A stretch of DNA of 64,000 nucleotides from Escherichia coli (GCF_045037415.1 NZ_CP173440.1); one strand, 5' to 3'. Shown: positions 10,445 to 19,886, counted from the stretch's first letter. Notes: generated by a model not told the origin, from the sequence alone. Program-made: numbers and translations.

Positions 10445-11264
10445 GGCACTGTTGCAAAGTTAGCGATGAGGCAGCCTTTTGTCTTATTCAAAGGCCTTAC
10501 ATTTCAAAAACTCTGCTTACCAGGCGCATTTCGCCCAGGGGATCACCATAATAAAATGCTGAGGCCTGGCCTTTGCGTAGTGCACGCATCACCTCAATAC
10601 CTTTGATGGTGGCGTAAGCCGTCTTCATGGATTTAAATCCCAGCGTGGCGCCGATTATCCGTTTCAGTTTGCCATGATCGCATTCAATCACGTTGTTCCG
10701 GTACTTAATCTGTCGGTGTTCAACGTCAGACGGGCACCGGCCTTCGCGTTTGAGCAGAGCAAGCGCGCGACCATAGGCGGGCGCTTTATCCGTGTTGATG
10801 AATCGCGGGATCTGCCACTTCTTCACGTTGTTGAGGATTTTACCCAGAAACCGGTATGCAGCTTTGCTGTTACGACGGGAGGAGAGATAAAAATCGACAG
10901 TGCGGCCCCGGCTGTCGACGGCCCGGTACAGATACGCCCAGCGGCCATTGACCTTCACGTAGGTTTCATCCATGTGCCACGGGCAAAGATCGGAAGGGTT
11001 ACGCCAGTACCAGCGCAGCCGTTTTTCCATTTCAGGCGCATAACGCTGAACCCAGCGGTAAATCGTGGAGTGATCGACATTCACTCCGCGTTCAGCCAGC
11101 ATCTCCTGCAGCTCACGGTAACTGATGCCGTATTTGCAGTACCAGCGTACGGCCCACAGAATGATGTCACGCTGAAAATGCCGGCCTTTGAATGGGTTCA
11201 TGTGCAGCTCCATCAGCAAAAGGGGATGATAAGTTTATCACCACCGACTATTTGCAACAGTGCC
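10445..11264 (-). mobile_element. IS26 copy 1 (820 bp, 14-bp IRs GGCACTGTTGCAAA)
   Basis: IRs at both ends; Tnp26 ORF inside. Confidence 0.95.
10497..11219 (-). CDS. tnp26: IS26 transposase Tnp26 (ORF-track frame; native 234-aa start is 6 codons downstream)
   Basis: [41 protein letters not shown]... Confidence 0.95.
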   Translation of the reverse strand: MLMELHMNPFKGRHFQRDIILWAVRWYCKYGISYRELQEMLAERGVNVDHSTIYRWVQRYAPEMEKRLRWYWRNPSDLCPWHMDETYVKVNGRWAYLYRAVDSRGRTVDFYLSSRRNSKAAYRFLGKILNNVKKWQIPRFINTDKAPAYGRALALLKREGRCPSDVEHRQIKYRNNVIECDHGKLKRIIGATLGFKSMKTAYATIKGIEVMRALRKGQASAFYYGDPLGEMRLVSRVFEM

Positions 11265-11330
11265 GATAAAAATATATCATCATGAACAATAAAACTGTCT
11301 GCTTACATAAACAGTAATACAAGGGGTGTT

Positions 11331-12146
11331 ATGAGCCATATTCAACGGGAAACGTCTTGCTCGAGGCCGCGATTAAATTCCAACATGGATGCTGATTTAT
11401 ATGGGTATAAATGGGCTCGCGATAATGTCGGGCAATCAGGTGCGACAATCTATCGATTGTATGGGAAGCCCGATGCGCCAGAGTTGTTTCTGAAACATGG
11501 CAAAGGTAGCGTTGCCAATGATGTTACAGATGAGATGGTCAGACTAAACTGGCTGACGGAATTTATGCCTCTTCCGACCATCAAGCATTTTATCCGTACT
11601 CCTGATGATGCATGGTTACTCACCACTGCGATCCCCGGGAAAACAGCATTCCAGGTATTAGAAGAATATCCTGATTCAGGTGAAAATATTGTTGATGCGC
11701 TGGCAGTGTTCCTGCGCCGGTTGCATTCGATTCCTGTTTGTAATTGTCCTTTTAACAGTGATCGCGTATTTCGTCTCGCTCAGGCGCAATCACGAATGAA
11801 TAACGGTTTGGTTGATGCGAGTGATTTTGATGACGAGCGTAATGGCTGGCCTGTTGAACAAGTCTGGAAAGAAATGCATAAGCTTTTGCCATTCTCACCG
11901 GATTCAGTCGTCACTCATGGTGATTTCTCACTTGATAACCTTATTTTTGACGAGGGGAAATTAATAGGTTGTATTGATGTTGGACGAGTCGGAATCGCAG
12001 ACCGATACCAGGATCTTGCCATCCTATGGAACTGCCTCGGTGAGTTTTCTCCTTCATTACAGAAACGGCTTTTTCAAAAATATGGTATTGATAATCCTGA
12101 TATGAATAAATTGCAGTTTCATTTGATGCTCGATGAGTTTTTCTAA
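11331..12146 (+). CDS. aph(3')-Ia: Aminoglycoside 3'-phosphotransferase APH(3')-Ia (kanamycin/neomycin resistance)
   Basis: 271-aa product MSHIQRETSCSRPRLNSNMDADLYGYKWARDNVGQSGATIYRLYGKPDAPELFLKHG... Confidence 0.95.
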   Translation: MSHIQRETSCSRPRLNSNMDADLYGYKWARDNVGQSGATIYRLYGKPDAPELFLKHGKGSVANDVTDEMVRLNWLTEFMPLPTIKHFIRTPDDAWLLTTAIPGKTAFQVLEEYPDSGENIVDALAVFLRRLHSIPVCNCPFNSDRVFRLAQAQSRMNNGLVDASDFDDERNGWPVEQVWKEMHKLLPFSPDSVVTHGDFSLDNLIFDEGKLIGCIDVGRVGIADRYQDLAILWNCLGEFSPSLQKRLFQKYGIDNPDMNKLQFHLMLDEFF

Positions 12147-12283
12147 TCAGAATTGGTTAATTGGTTGTAACACTGGCAGAGCATTACGCTGACTTGACGG
12201 GACGGCGCTTCCCTACCCTCATGGCCGCCTCCCAGGAATCGACCCAGGTGCTTATCGTGGACATAATCCTTTACTCATAAATT

Positions 12284-13103
12284 GGCACTGTTGCAAAGTT
12301 AGCGATGAGGCAGCCTTTTGTCTTATTCAAAGGCCTTACATTTCAAAAACTCTGCTTACCAGGCGCATTTCGCCCAGGGGATCACCATAATAAAATGCTG
12401 AGGCCTGGCCTTTGCGTAGTGCACGCATCACCTCAATACCTTTGATGGTGGCGTAAGCCGTCTTCATGGATTTAAATCCCAGCGTGGCGCCGATTATCCG
12501 TTTCAGTTTGCCATGATCGCATTCAATCACGTTGTTCCGGTACTTAATCTGTCGGTGTTCAACGTCAGACGGGCACCGGCCTTCGCGTTTGAGCAGAGCA
12601 AGCGCGCGACCATAGGCGGGCGCTTTATCCGTGTTGATGAATCGCGGGATCTGCCACTTCTTCACGTTGTTGAGGATTTTACCCAGAAACCGGTATGCAG
12701 CTTTGCTGTTACGACGGGAGGAGAGATAAAAATCGACAGTGCGGCCCCGGCTGTCGACGGCCCGGTACAGATACGCCCAGCGGCCATTGACCTTCACGTA
12801 GGTTTCATCCATGTGCCACGGGCAAAGATCGGAAGGGTTACGCCAGTACCAGCGCAGCCGTTTTTCCATTTCAGGCGCATAACGCTGAACCCAGCGGTAA
12901 ATCGTGGAGTGATCGACATTCACTCCGCGTTCAGCCAGCATCTCCTGCAGCTCACGGTAACTGATGCCGTATTTGCAGTACCAGCGTACGGCCCACAGAA
13001 TGATGTCACGCTGAAAATGCCGGCCTTTGAATGGGTTCATGTGCAGCTCCATCAGCAAAAGGGGATGATAAGTTTATCACCACCGACTATTTGCAACAGT
13101 GCC
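12284..13103 (-). mobile_element. IS26 copy 2
   Basis: 820 bp with IRs; identical to copy 1. Confidence 0.95.
12336..13058 (-). CDS. tnp26: IS26 transposase Tnp26
   Basis: Identical 240-aa ORF-track product. Confidence 0.95.
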   Translation of the reverse strand: MLMELHMNPFKGRHFQRDIILWAVRWYCKYGISYRELQEMLAERGVNVDHSTIYRWVQRYAPEMEKRLRWYWRNPSDLCPWHMDETYVKVNGRWAYLYRAVDSRGRTVDFYLSSRRNSKAAYRFLGKILNNVKKWQIPRFINTDKAPAYGRALALLKREGRCPSDVEHRQIKYRNNVIECDHGKLKRIIGATLGFKSMKTAYATIKGIEVMRALRKGQASAFYYGDPLGEMRLVSRVFEM

Positions 13104-13433
13104 ATGCCGGTGAGCGCCCTGATCTGCTTCTGCACCTGTCCCGACGCCGACAGCGCCGAGCGCATCGCCACCGCGCTGGTGGCCGAGCGCCTGGCCGCCT
13201 GCGTCAACCTCCTGCCCGGCCTGCGTTCGGTCTATCGCTGGCAACGCAAGGTCGAGGCCGCGGCCGAGGTCCTGCTGCTGGTCAAGACCAGTGCCGAGGC
13301 CTACCCCGCCCTGCAGGAACGCCTGCGCCAACTGCATCCCTACGAACTCCCGGAGCTGCTCGCGGTCGAAGCCGCGTCCGGCCTGCCCGAATACCTGCAA
13401 TGGCTGGCCGCCGAGAGCCGACCGGTAAACTGA
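13104..13433 (+). CDS. cutA: Divalent-cation tolerance protein CutA, ATG directly abutting the IS26 end
   Basis: MPVSALICFCTCPDADSAERIATALVAERLAACVNLLPGLRSVYRWQRKVEAAAEVLLLVKT...HPYELPELL has the CutA signature; high GC. Confidence 0.85.
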   Translation: MPVSALICFCTCPDADSAERIATALVAERLAACVNLLPGLRSVYRWQRKVEAAAEVLLLVKTSAEAYPALQERLRQLHPYELPELLAVEAASGLPEYLQWLAAESRPVN

Positions 13434-13437
13434 GCCA

Positions 13438-14469
13438 ATGACCGCATCCACGATCCGCCTGCGCCGCTGGCTGGCCGGGCTCGCCCTGCTGCTTGCGCTG
13501 CCCGCGACCTCGGCCGTCGCCCAGGACTTCGAACTGCCGCCGGTCGACGAGGTCTTCGTCCTGTCCGCGCAGGCCACCGCGCCGGACCGCATCGAGGTGC
13601 GCTGGCGGATCGCCGACGGCTATTACCTGTACCGGCACCGCACCTCGGTCAAGGCCGATGCCGCCTTCACCGGCGCGACCATGGCGCTGCCGAAGGGCAA
13701 GGCCTACCGCGACGAATTCTTCGGCGACGTCGAAACCTACCGCAAGGAATTGCTCGGCACCCTCACCGGCACGCCCGCGGCCGGCGCGAGCGCGACCACC
13801 CTGACCGTGAAGTACCAGGGCTGCGCCGATGCCGGCGTGTGCTACCCGCCGCAGACCCGCACCCTGAAGGTCGCGTTGCCGGGCGAAGCGGGCGCTGGCG
13901 GCTTCGGCTGTAAGGCGCGCGGGCTGCATGATTATGTCGTCAAGAACGGCTCTGCCGATCATCCCAACGCCGAGGTGAAATTCGCACTGGGTGATGTGGT
14001 CAACACCATGATCGGCTGCACTAATGGTGAAACGATCATGCTGTGCCACGACACCTCGCTGCCGCGCCCCTATTCTCTCGGCTTTCGGGTGCAAGGCACC
14101 GAGGGGCTGTGGATGGACGTCAACAAGTCGATCTATCTGGAGGGCAAGAGCCCACAGCCGCACCGCTGGGAGCCTGCCGAGGGCTGGTTTGCGAAATACG
14201 ATCACCCGCTATGGAAACGCTACGCCGATCTGGCGGCAGGGGCCGGGCATGGCGGGATGGACTGGTTCGTGATCCACGCTTTTGTCGAGGCGCTGAAGGC
14301 CAAGGCCCCGATGCCAATCGACATTTACGACGCGCTGGCCTGGAGCGCGATCACGCCTCTGTCGGAACAATCGATTGCTGAGGGCAATCGCACGTTAGAT
14401 TTTCCCGACTTCACCCGAGGGCAGTGGCGCACCCGCAAGCCGATCTTTGCGCTGAACGACGCCTATTGA
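13438..14469 (+). CDS. dsbD: Fusion ORF: DsbD N-terminal domain joined in frame to the C-terminal part of a Gfo/Idh/MocA-like oxidoreductase (the 'tat'/'dsbC' ORF of blaNDM contexts)
   Basis: N-terminal half has DGYYLYR and TVKYQGCADAGVCYPP (nDsbD motifs); C-terminal half is unrelated to the DsbD membrane and thioredoxin domains; GC content drops near 13900. Confidence 0.65.
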   Translation: MTASTIRLRRWLAGLALLLALPATSAVAQDFELPPVDEVFVLSAQATAPDRIEVRWRIADGYYLYRHRTSVKADAAFTGATMALPKGKAYRDEFFGDVETYRKELLGTLTGTPAAGASATTLTVKYQGCADAGVCYPPQTRTLKVALPGEAGAGGFGCKARGLHDYVVKNGSADHPNAEVKFALGDVVNTMIGCTNGETIMLCHDTSLPRPYSLGFRVQGTEGLWMDVNKSIYLEGKSPQPHRWEPAEGWFAKYDHPLWKRYADLAAGAGHGGMDWFVIHAFVEALKAKAPMPIDIYDALAWSAITPLSEQSIAEGNRTLDFPDFTRGQWRTRKPIFALNDAY

Positions 14470-14479
14470 TCGACGCGAT

Positions 14480-15118
14480 TTAGGCCAAGCGCACCGCAAA
14501 GGCGAAATTGGTAATCTTGTCGGTATCCTTGACGCCCGGCGCGCTTTCGACGCCGCTGGAGGTATCGACCAGCGGCGCTCCGGTGCGCGCAATCGCCTCG
14601 GCAACATTCGTCGGATTTAGCCCGCCTGCCAGCCCCCACGGCAAGGCACCGCGATATCCGGCCAGCAGCGACCAGTCGAACGCCAACCCCATGCCGCCGG
14701 GCAGCGCGCCTTTGGGGGTCTTGGCGTCGAACAAGATCAAGTCCGCCGCCCCGGCATAGGCTGCGGCGCGTGCGACATCGCTGGCGCTGGCGACGGGCAG
14801 CGCCTTCCACACCGGCTTGCCAAACCGCGCGCGCAACTGGGCCACGCGTTCGGGCGATTCCGAACCGTGCAGCTGCAGCGCGTTCAGCTTGGCTGCCACC
14901 AGTGCGTCGGCGATGACAGCATCATCCGCATCGACGAACAAACCGACCATGGCGATCTGGCCAGCTGCGCGCGATGTCAAAGCGCCCGCGACATTCGACG
15001 TAACCGCACGGGGCGACGCTGGATAGAACACCAACCCGGCATAGTCCGCCCGCGCCGCGATGGTCGCATCGAGCGCCTCGGGTGTGCTGATCCCGCAAAT
15101 CTTGATTTTCGCGGGCAT
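14480..15118 (-). CDS. trpF: Phosphoribosylanthranilate isomerase TrpF
   Basis: 212-aa product MPAKIKICGISTPEALDATIAARADYAGLVFYPASPRAV... Confidence 0.9.
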   Translation of the reverse strand: MPAKIKICGISTPEALDATIAARADYAGLVFYPASPRAVTSNVAGALTSRAAGQIAMVGLFVDADDAVIADALVAAKLNALQLHGSESPERVAQLRARFGKPVWKALPVASASDVARAAAYAGAADLILFDAKTPKGALPGGMGLAFDWSLLAGYRGALPWGLAGGLNPTNVAEAIARTGAPLVDTSSGVESAPGVKDTDKITNFAFAVRLA

Positions 15119-15122
15119 GCGG

Positions 15123-15488
15123 TCAGTCGGGGTTCTGGATCAGCCGCACCAGCGTGCAGTCGGGATCGATCAGGTAGCCGATCCTCAGGCCGCTCGCCTC
15201 CAGTTGCGGAGCTTTGAAGCGCGGCCAGCCGGTGCTTTTTTCCTCGGCTCCCGCCGCGTTCACCAATGCCACCATGGCATCGAGATCATCCAACCGCAGG
15301 CAACAGCCGAACGAGCTCGTAGCTGGGTCGAGGTCAGGATAGGGGAAGAATTCGAGCTGCAAACCGCCGCGCTGCAGGATCATCCAGCCGCGATCCTTCC
15401 AACTCGTCGCAAAGCCCAGCTTCGCATAAAACGCCTCTGTCACATCGAAATCGCGCGATGGCAGATTGGGGGTGACGTGGTCAGCCAT
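15123..15488 (-). CDS. ble: Bleomycin-binding resistance protein BleMBL
   Basis: 121-aa glyoxalase/bleomycin-resistance fold protein immediately downstream of blaNDM. Confidence 0.9.
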   Translation of the reverse strand: MADHVTPNLPSRDFDVTEAFYAKLGFATSWKDRGWMILQRGGLQLEFFPYPDLDPATSSFGCCLRLDDLDAMVALVNAAGAEEKSTGWPRFKAPQLEASGLRIGYLIDPDCTLVRLIQNPD

Positions 15489-15491
15489 GGC

Positions 15492-16304
15492 TCAGCGCAG
15501 CTTGTCGGCCATGCGGGCCGTATGAGTGATTGCGGCGCGGCTATCGGGGGCGGAATGGCTCATCACGATCATGCTGGCCTTGGGGAACGCCGCACCAAAC
15601 GCGCGCGCTGACGCGGCGTAGTGCTCAGTGTCGGCATCACCGAGATTGCCGAGCGACTTGGCCTTGCTGTCCTTGATCAGGCAGCCACCAAAAGCGATGT
15701 CGGTGCCGTCGATCCCAACGGTGATATTGTCACTGGTGTGGCCGGGGCCGGGGTAAAATACCTTGAGCGGGCCAAAGTTGGGCGCGGTTGCTGGTTCGAC
15801 CCAGCCATTGGCGGCGAAAGTCAGGCTGTGTTGCGCCGCAACCATCCCCTCTTGCGGGGCAAGCTGGTTCGACAACGCATTGGCATAAGTCGCAATCCCC
15901 GCCGCATGCAGCGCGTCCATACCGCCCATCTTGTCCTGATGCGCGTGAGTCACCACCGCCAGCGCGACCGGCAGGTTGATCTCCTGCTTGATCCAGTTGA
16001 GGATCTGGGCGGTCTGGTCATCGGTCCAGGCGGTATCGACCACCAGCACGCGGCCGCCATCCCTGACGATCAAACCGTTGGAAGCGACTGCCCCGAAACC
16101 CGGCATGTCGAGATAGGAAGTGTGCTGCCAGACATTCGGTGCGAGCTGGCGGAAAACCAGATCGCCAAACCGTTGGTCGCCAGTTTCCATTTGCTGGCCA
16201 ATCGTCGGGCGGATTTCACCGGGCATGCACCCGCTCAGCATCAATGCAGCGGCTAATGCGGTGCTCAGCTTCGCGACCGGGTGCATAATATTGGGCAATT
16301 CCAT
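15492..16304 (-). CDS. blaNDM-1: New Delhi metallo-beta-lactamase NDM-1 (carbapenemase)
   Basis: [64 protein letters not shown]...MADKLR; diagnostic residues P28, V88, D95, D130, E152, M154, A233 are the NDM-1 states. The ORF-track entry carries one extra Met. Confidence 0.97.
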
Positions 16305-16379
16305 CAAGTTTTCCTTTTATTCAGCATTAAAAACCCCGCAAATGCGAGGCCTAGTAAATAGATGATCTTAATTTGGTTC

Positions 16380-16408
16380 ACTGTAGCAAAAATATGGGGC
16401 GAATTCAA
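16380..16408 (-). promoter_or_regulatory. blaNDM promoter: -35 TTGAAT (16403-16408) in the ISAba125 end, 17-bp spacer, -10 TACAGT (16380-16385)
   Basis: Hexamers read on the minus strand ~76-104 bp upstream of the blaNDM start. Confidence 0.65.
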
Positions 16409-16494
16409 ACATGAGGTGCGACAGTTTCAAAAGCCATATGATAATCAACAAGCTGAGCAAATTTCTCTAATGGTGTAAGCCAATCTAACGCCTT

Positions 16495-17630
16495 TCTAAA
16501 TAACTGATCCTAATACCGCTACACTTTAGCCAGCCCGTGTTTTCCACCGGGGAATGGGCTGACGGTATCCATAAAGTGATGAACCTTTTTCAACAGATGC
16601 CACATTGAACGGCACTGGTGATTTCGGGTTATTGTCTCATGAAGCGCCTGCCACAACCGTTCGACATGATTGACCCATGGCGAGTAAACCGGCTGATAAA
16701 TGACCCTGAACTTCTGGTTTGCTTTCAGCCAGCGCAACGTTTCACGACTTTTGTGGATAATGTAGTTATCGACAATGAGCGTAATCGTTTTTGCCCGCCG
16801 GTATGTCGCCTTAAGATGTTTTAACAGTCTGATAAATAAACATGAACCTTTACTGTTTCCACCTACGTAGCTGACTTTTCCCGTACCGCTGTGCAGCGCA
16901 CCGGCAAGATAGTACTTTTCATTCTGGCCCGGTGTGACAACACGTTTTTGCTGCCCGCGTAACTGCCAGTCAGCACCGATTTTCGGGTTGAGATGAATAT
17001 CCACTTCATCTTCGTAAAACACGGGATTTTCCGCACTGCATTTCGCCAGTGCTTCATGGATAGCAACCATTTTTTCTTCTTTGTGTGGGTCACGGATACG
17101 CAGTGTCGGCGCTGCTCTGCGCCATACCAGCCCGGCTGCAGGTAACCATCTCCGGATGGTTGAGGCATGTAGCGGACAACCGGTGACATCACGGATTTTT
17201 ATCGCCAGCAGTTCGGTACTCCAGCGGGAACGCTGATAACCGAAATCGCCGGGAGAATGCTTCACAAGCTCACGCAGCAATGCGCAAATATGTTCGAACG
17301 GCCAGCGCCTGCCACGTCCTGACGGTAATGACTTCAGGCCTTCAGCACCAGACAGAGTGAACCAGTTAATCCAGCGACCAATCGATGAGCGTGCACAGCA
17401 GAGTGTTCTGGCCACATGACTGACGCGCTCGCCCCGGTGCAACATCAGCATGGCGGTCAGTCTGCGGGCATAATTTTTATCGCGTGTTTTATGGATAGCT
17501 TTCTGCATCAGGCGTCGTTCGTCACGAGGTATTGGTGCTATGATCGACATCGCTCAGTCCGTTTGGTGATTTGTTTTGATTTGGCGATTGATCAGATCGC
17601 ACAATTCGGGCTGAGTTCCCTCAAAGTGAT
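16495..17630 (-). mobile_element. IS630-family element (ISEc33/IS630-like) inserted in ISAba125; ends approximate
   Basis: Contains a complete 343-aa IS630-type transposase; ISAba125 sequence resumes on both sides. Confidence 0.45.
16519..17550 (-). CDS. IS630-family transposase
   Basis: 343-aa product MSIIAPIPRDERRLMQKAIHKTRDKNYARRLTAMLMLHRGERVSHVARTL... Confidence 0.85.
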   Translation of the reverse strand: MSIIAPIPRDERRLMQKAIHKTRDKNYARRLTAMLMLHRGERVSHVARTLCCARSSIGRWINWFTLSGAEGLKSLPSGRGRRWPFEHICALLRELVKHSPGDFGYQRSRWSTELLAIKIRDVTGCPLHASTIRRWLPAAGLVWRRAAPTLRIRDPHKEEKMVAIHEALAKCSAENPVFYEDEVDIHLNPKIGADWQLRGQQKRVVTPGQNEKYYLAGALHSGTGKVSYVGGNSKGSCLFIRLLKHLKATYRRAKTITLIVDNYIIHKSRETLRWLKANQKFRVIYQPVYSPWVNHVERLWQALHETITRNHQCRSMWHLLKKVHHFMDTVSPFPGGKHGLAKV

Positions 17631-17646
17631 CTACTATTCTGCACAG

Positions 17647-18585
17647 CTATTTAGGACGAGTATTCAGTGACATGGCAACTTGATTTAAATAATGCTGATC
17701 TGCCTGATTTAAATCAATCCCTTTAGGTAAATATTGCCTAATTAAACCATTCATATTTTCGCATGTGCCTTTTTGCCAGGGTGAATGTGGGTCACAGAAA
17801 TATACATCTATGCCTAAATCTTCTTCGAGTATTTTATGTTCTGACATCTCACGTCCACGGTCATAGGTCAACGTTTTACGCAGTTCTGCAGGTAAATATT
17901 TCAGAGCTTCAGTTAAAGCCTTGCGCACTGATTCTGCCTTTGCATCAGGTAATGTTGCCAAGATACAGAGCCGTGTATTTCGTTCAATAAGTGTTGCTAT
18001 CGAACTTTTATTGTCTTTACCTTTAATTAAATCAGCTTCCCAATGACCCGGTATTTTTCTTTCTTGAACTTCGGCTGGGCGCTCATGAATAGTTTTAATA
18101 TCCTGTAATATAGAATCTTTTTTAGGTTCACCGTTAGCTTTTCGCTTTTTATTTTCATGACGTAGACAGGATAATAAGTCTTTTTTCAACTCACCCTTTG
18201 GTAATGCTCGTATCGTTGAATAAATCGTTGTATGGCTTACATTCATTGTTTGATCCAAATCAGGAAATGTCTTTAAACGCTTTGCTATTTGCTGAGGAGA
18301 CCATAAACAACGGATCGCTTCAACAATAAATTTCCAGAGGATTGAATCGATTTTGAGTTTTCTGTGACCACGTCTACGTCTAGCGAAGGTGTTATCAGAA
18401 GCATATCGAGCTTGATAAACGTCATTGATGCTATTTCTTTTAAGCTCACGATAGATCGTACTAGGATGTCTTTTAATGAGTTCAGCAAATTTTCTGGCTG
18501 AAAAGCCTTCTTTTCTTGACTCAAGCATTAATGCAGTACGATCTTCAAAGTTAAGATGATGGTATGACAATTTTATATACTCCAT
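17647..18585 (-). CDS. ISAba125 (IS30-family) transposase
   Basis: 312-aa product MEYIKLSYHHLNFEDRTALMLESRKEGFSARKFAELIKRHPSTIYREL... Confidence 0.85.
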   Translation of the reverse strand: MEYIKLSYHHLNFEDRTALMLESRKEGFSARKFAELIKRHPSTIYRELKRNSINDVYQARYASDNTFARRRRGHRKLKIDSILWKFIVEAIRCLWSPQQIAKRLKTFPDLDQTMNVSHTTIYSTIRALPKGELKKDLLSCLRHENKKRKANGEPKKDSILQDIKTIHERPAEVQERKIPGHWEADLIKGKDNKSSIATLIERNTRLCILATLPDAKAESVRKALTEALKYLPAELRKTLTYDRGREMSEHKILEEDLGIDVYFCDPHSPWQKGTCENMNGLIRQYLPKGIDLNQADQHYLNQVAMSLNTRPK

Positions 18586-18736
18586 AAACCCTTTAAATTA
18601 ATTAGGTGGTTTATGTCGCACTTCAAGTTTTACTCTGCCAACTTTAAATCAGTGGCTCCACTAACACTCTTCACTTATTTATTTAAAATTTAGCGACGTT
18701 AAAAGACAATTAAGTATTTTTAGATAATGCTTAGAA

Positions 18737-19516
18737 TCAATTCAATTCATCAAGTTTTAAAAAATAATTCCTTTTGTCAGGTCTATCATTTTTTAAATGC
18801 TTTAAAAATATTTTAGCAGTTTCCTCCGAGGCATCCTCTCTTAGGCAACGTTCAACAAAGGATATATCTACAAATTCATCAGCTAACCCAGCACGGCCAA
18901 GATCTAAAAAGTAAATTTCATTGAATTTATCTATAAAAATATTACTATCCGTGATATCGCCATGAGAAAAAACCAATCTTTCTTCAACACGAGTCTCAGT
19001 TAACTCATTCCATAGACTTAGGTAAGTTCTATGGTCTCCCCATAATTCAGCGTCAAAATCATCTTGATCTATATCGTCAAGGAGTTGGTTATCAATAAAA
19101 AATTTTGACTCTTTTAACCGATGATCAATGTTTGAAATAAATGGACAATCAATAATAGCAACTGAATTTAACAGATTGAGTGCCTCCTTATAGATAGCAA
19201 GCAATTCTTGGTCTGTTAAAAAAAGCGCTGAAATTGGTTTTGCATTGATCGCTTTAGTGATCATTAATTCAAACTGCTCATCCTGAAAAGTCATGATGAG
19301 TTCAGGCACCTTTAATTTCTCAGAGAGCCAACTCAACATTTTCGCTTCGCGAGAGACACTGTATGTGGTCTCTGTATATAAAGTGCTAGATCGCTTAAGA
19401 AAAAAAGTTTCATTATTTCGATTAAAAGAATAAACATCCGATGGCGACTGACCAATTTTATTTGGCTCTAAAACGCTGTTTCCAATAAATTGTTGAATAA
19501 TATTGGGCAATTCCAT
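18737..19516 (-). CDS. aph(3')-VI: Aminoglycoside 3'-phosphotransferase APH(3')-VI (amikacin/kanamycin resistance, aphA6)
   Basis: MELPNIIQQFIGNSVLEPNKIGQSPSDVYSFNRNNETFFLKRSSTLY...; shares its first six codons with blaNDM-1. Confidence 0.93.
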   Translation of the reverse strand: MELPNIIQQFIGNSVLEPNKIGQSPSDVYSFNRNNETFFLKRSSTLYTETTYSVSREAKMLSWLSEKLKVPELIMTFQDEQFELMITKAINAKPISALFLTDQELLAIYKEALNLLNSVAIIDCPFISNIDHRLKESKFFIDNQLLDDIDQDDFDAELWGDHRTYLSLWNELTETRVEERLVFSHGDITDSNIFIDKFNEIYFLDLGRAGLADEFVDISFVERCLREDASEETAKIFLKHLKNDRPDKRNYFLKLDELN

Positions 19517-19621
19517 CAAGTTTTCCTTTTATTCAGCATTAAAAACCCCGCAAATGCGAGAGAGGTGGTCCCACTTGTTTGAACAACTAAAAGCGTATTT
19601 ATAAGTGATATTCCGCTCTAG

Positions 19622-19864
19622 TTAAGCCACCTTGTTTTGTTGGGGTAGCTGATCATAGTAAAACTCATTTGGTGTCATTTTGTCTAGACTCGAATGAGGT
19701 CGTTTCAAATTATAAAACTCAAAATATGCACTTAATTGCTTTTTCGCATCTGTGACACTGCTATAAGCTTTGAGATACACCTCTTCATATTTAGGAGAGC
19801 ATGAAAAACCTCGGGGCAGCCATCGAATGATGCCATCTACAGGGGTTAAAATAACCACCATCAT
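19622..19864 (-). pseudogene. C-terminal fragment of an IS3-family transposase (ISAba14-like remnant)
   Basis: 80-aa ORF ending ...YFEFYNLKRPHSSLDKMTPNEFYYDQL, typical of an IS3 OrfB C-terminus; family assignment from context. Confidence 0.5.
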
Positions 19865-19886
19865 TTCATAACAATACCTGCTGACT

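Larger units (their letters stand above)
10445..13103. mobile_element. Tn4352-like pseudo-compound transposon (IS26-aph(3')-Ia-IS26, direct IS26 copies)
   Basis: Two directly oriented IS26 flanking a ~1.0-kb aph(3')-Ia segment. Confidence 0.8.
16390..18690 (-). mobile_element. ISAba125 (IS30 family) upstream of blaNDM-1, interrupted near its blaNDM-proximal end by an IS630-family element; outer boundaries approximate
   Basis: IS30-family transposase at 17647-18585 plus the characteristic blaNDM-upstream end; low-GC Acinetobacter-type sequence. Confidence 0.6.

Noticed and set aside
10674-11285. Plus-strand ORFs running antisense through IS26 copies (also 12513-13433, 27939-28562, 35890-36543, 43072-45180)
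   Set aside because: Identical antisense frame inside every IS26 copy; only the portions outside IS26 (cutA, rep fragment, MCP fragment) are real genes read from the IS boundary.
13282-14205. 307-aa minus-strand ORF opposite the dsbD fusion gene
   Set aside because: Arg/Gly/Ala-rich antisense translation of a high-GC gene; the plus-strand frame carries clear nDsbD motifs.
15492-16304. NDM variant other than NDM-1
   Set aside because: Residues at positions 28, 88, 95, 130, 152, 154 and 233 are all the NDM-1 states.
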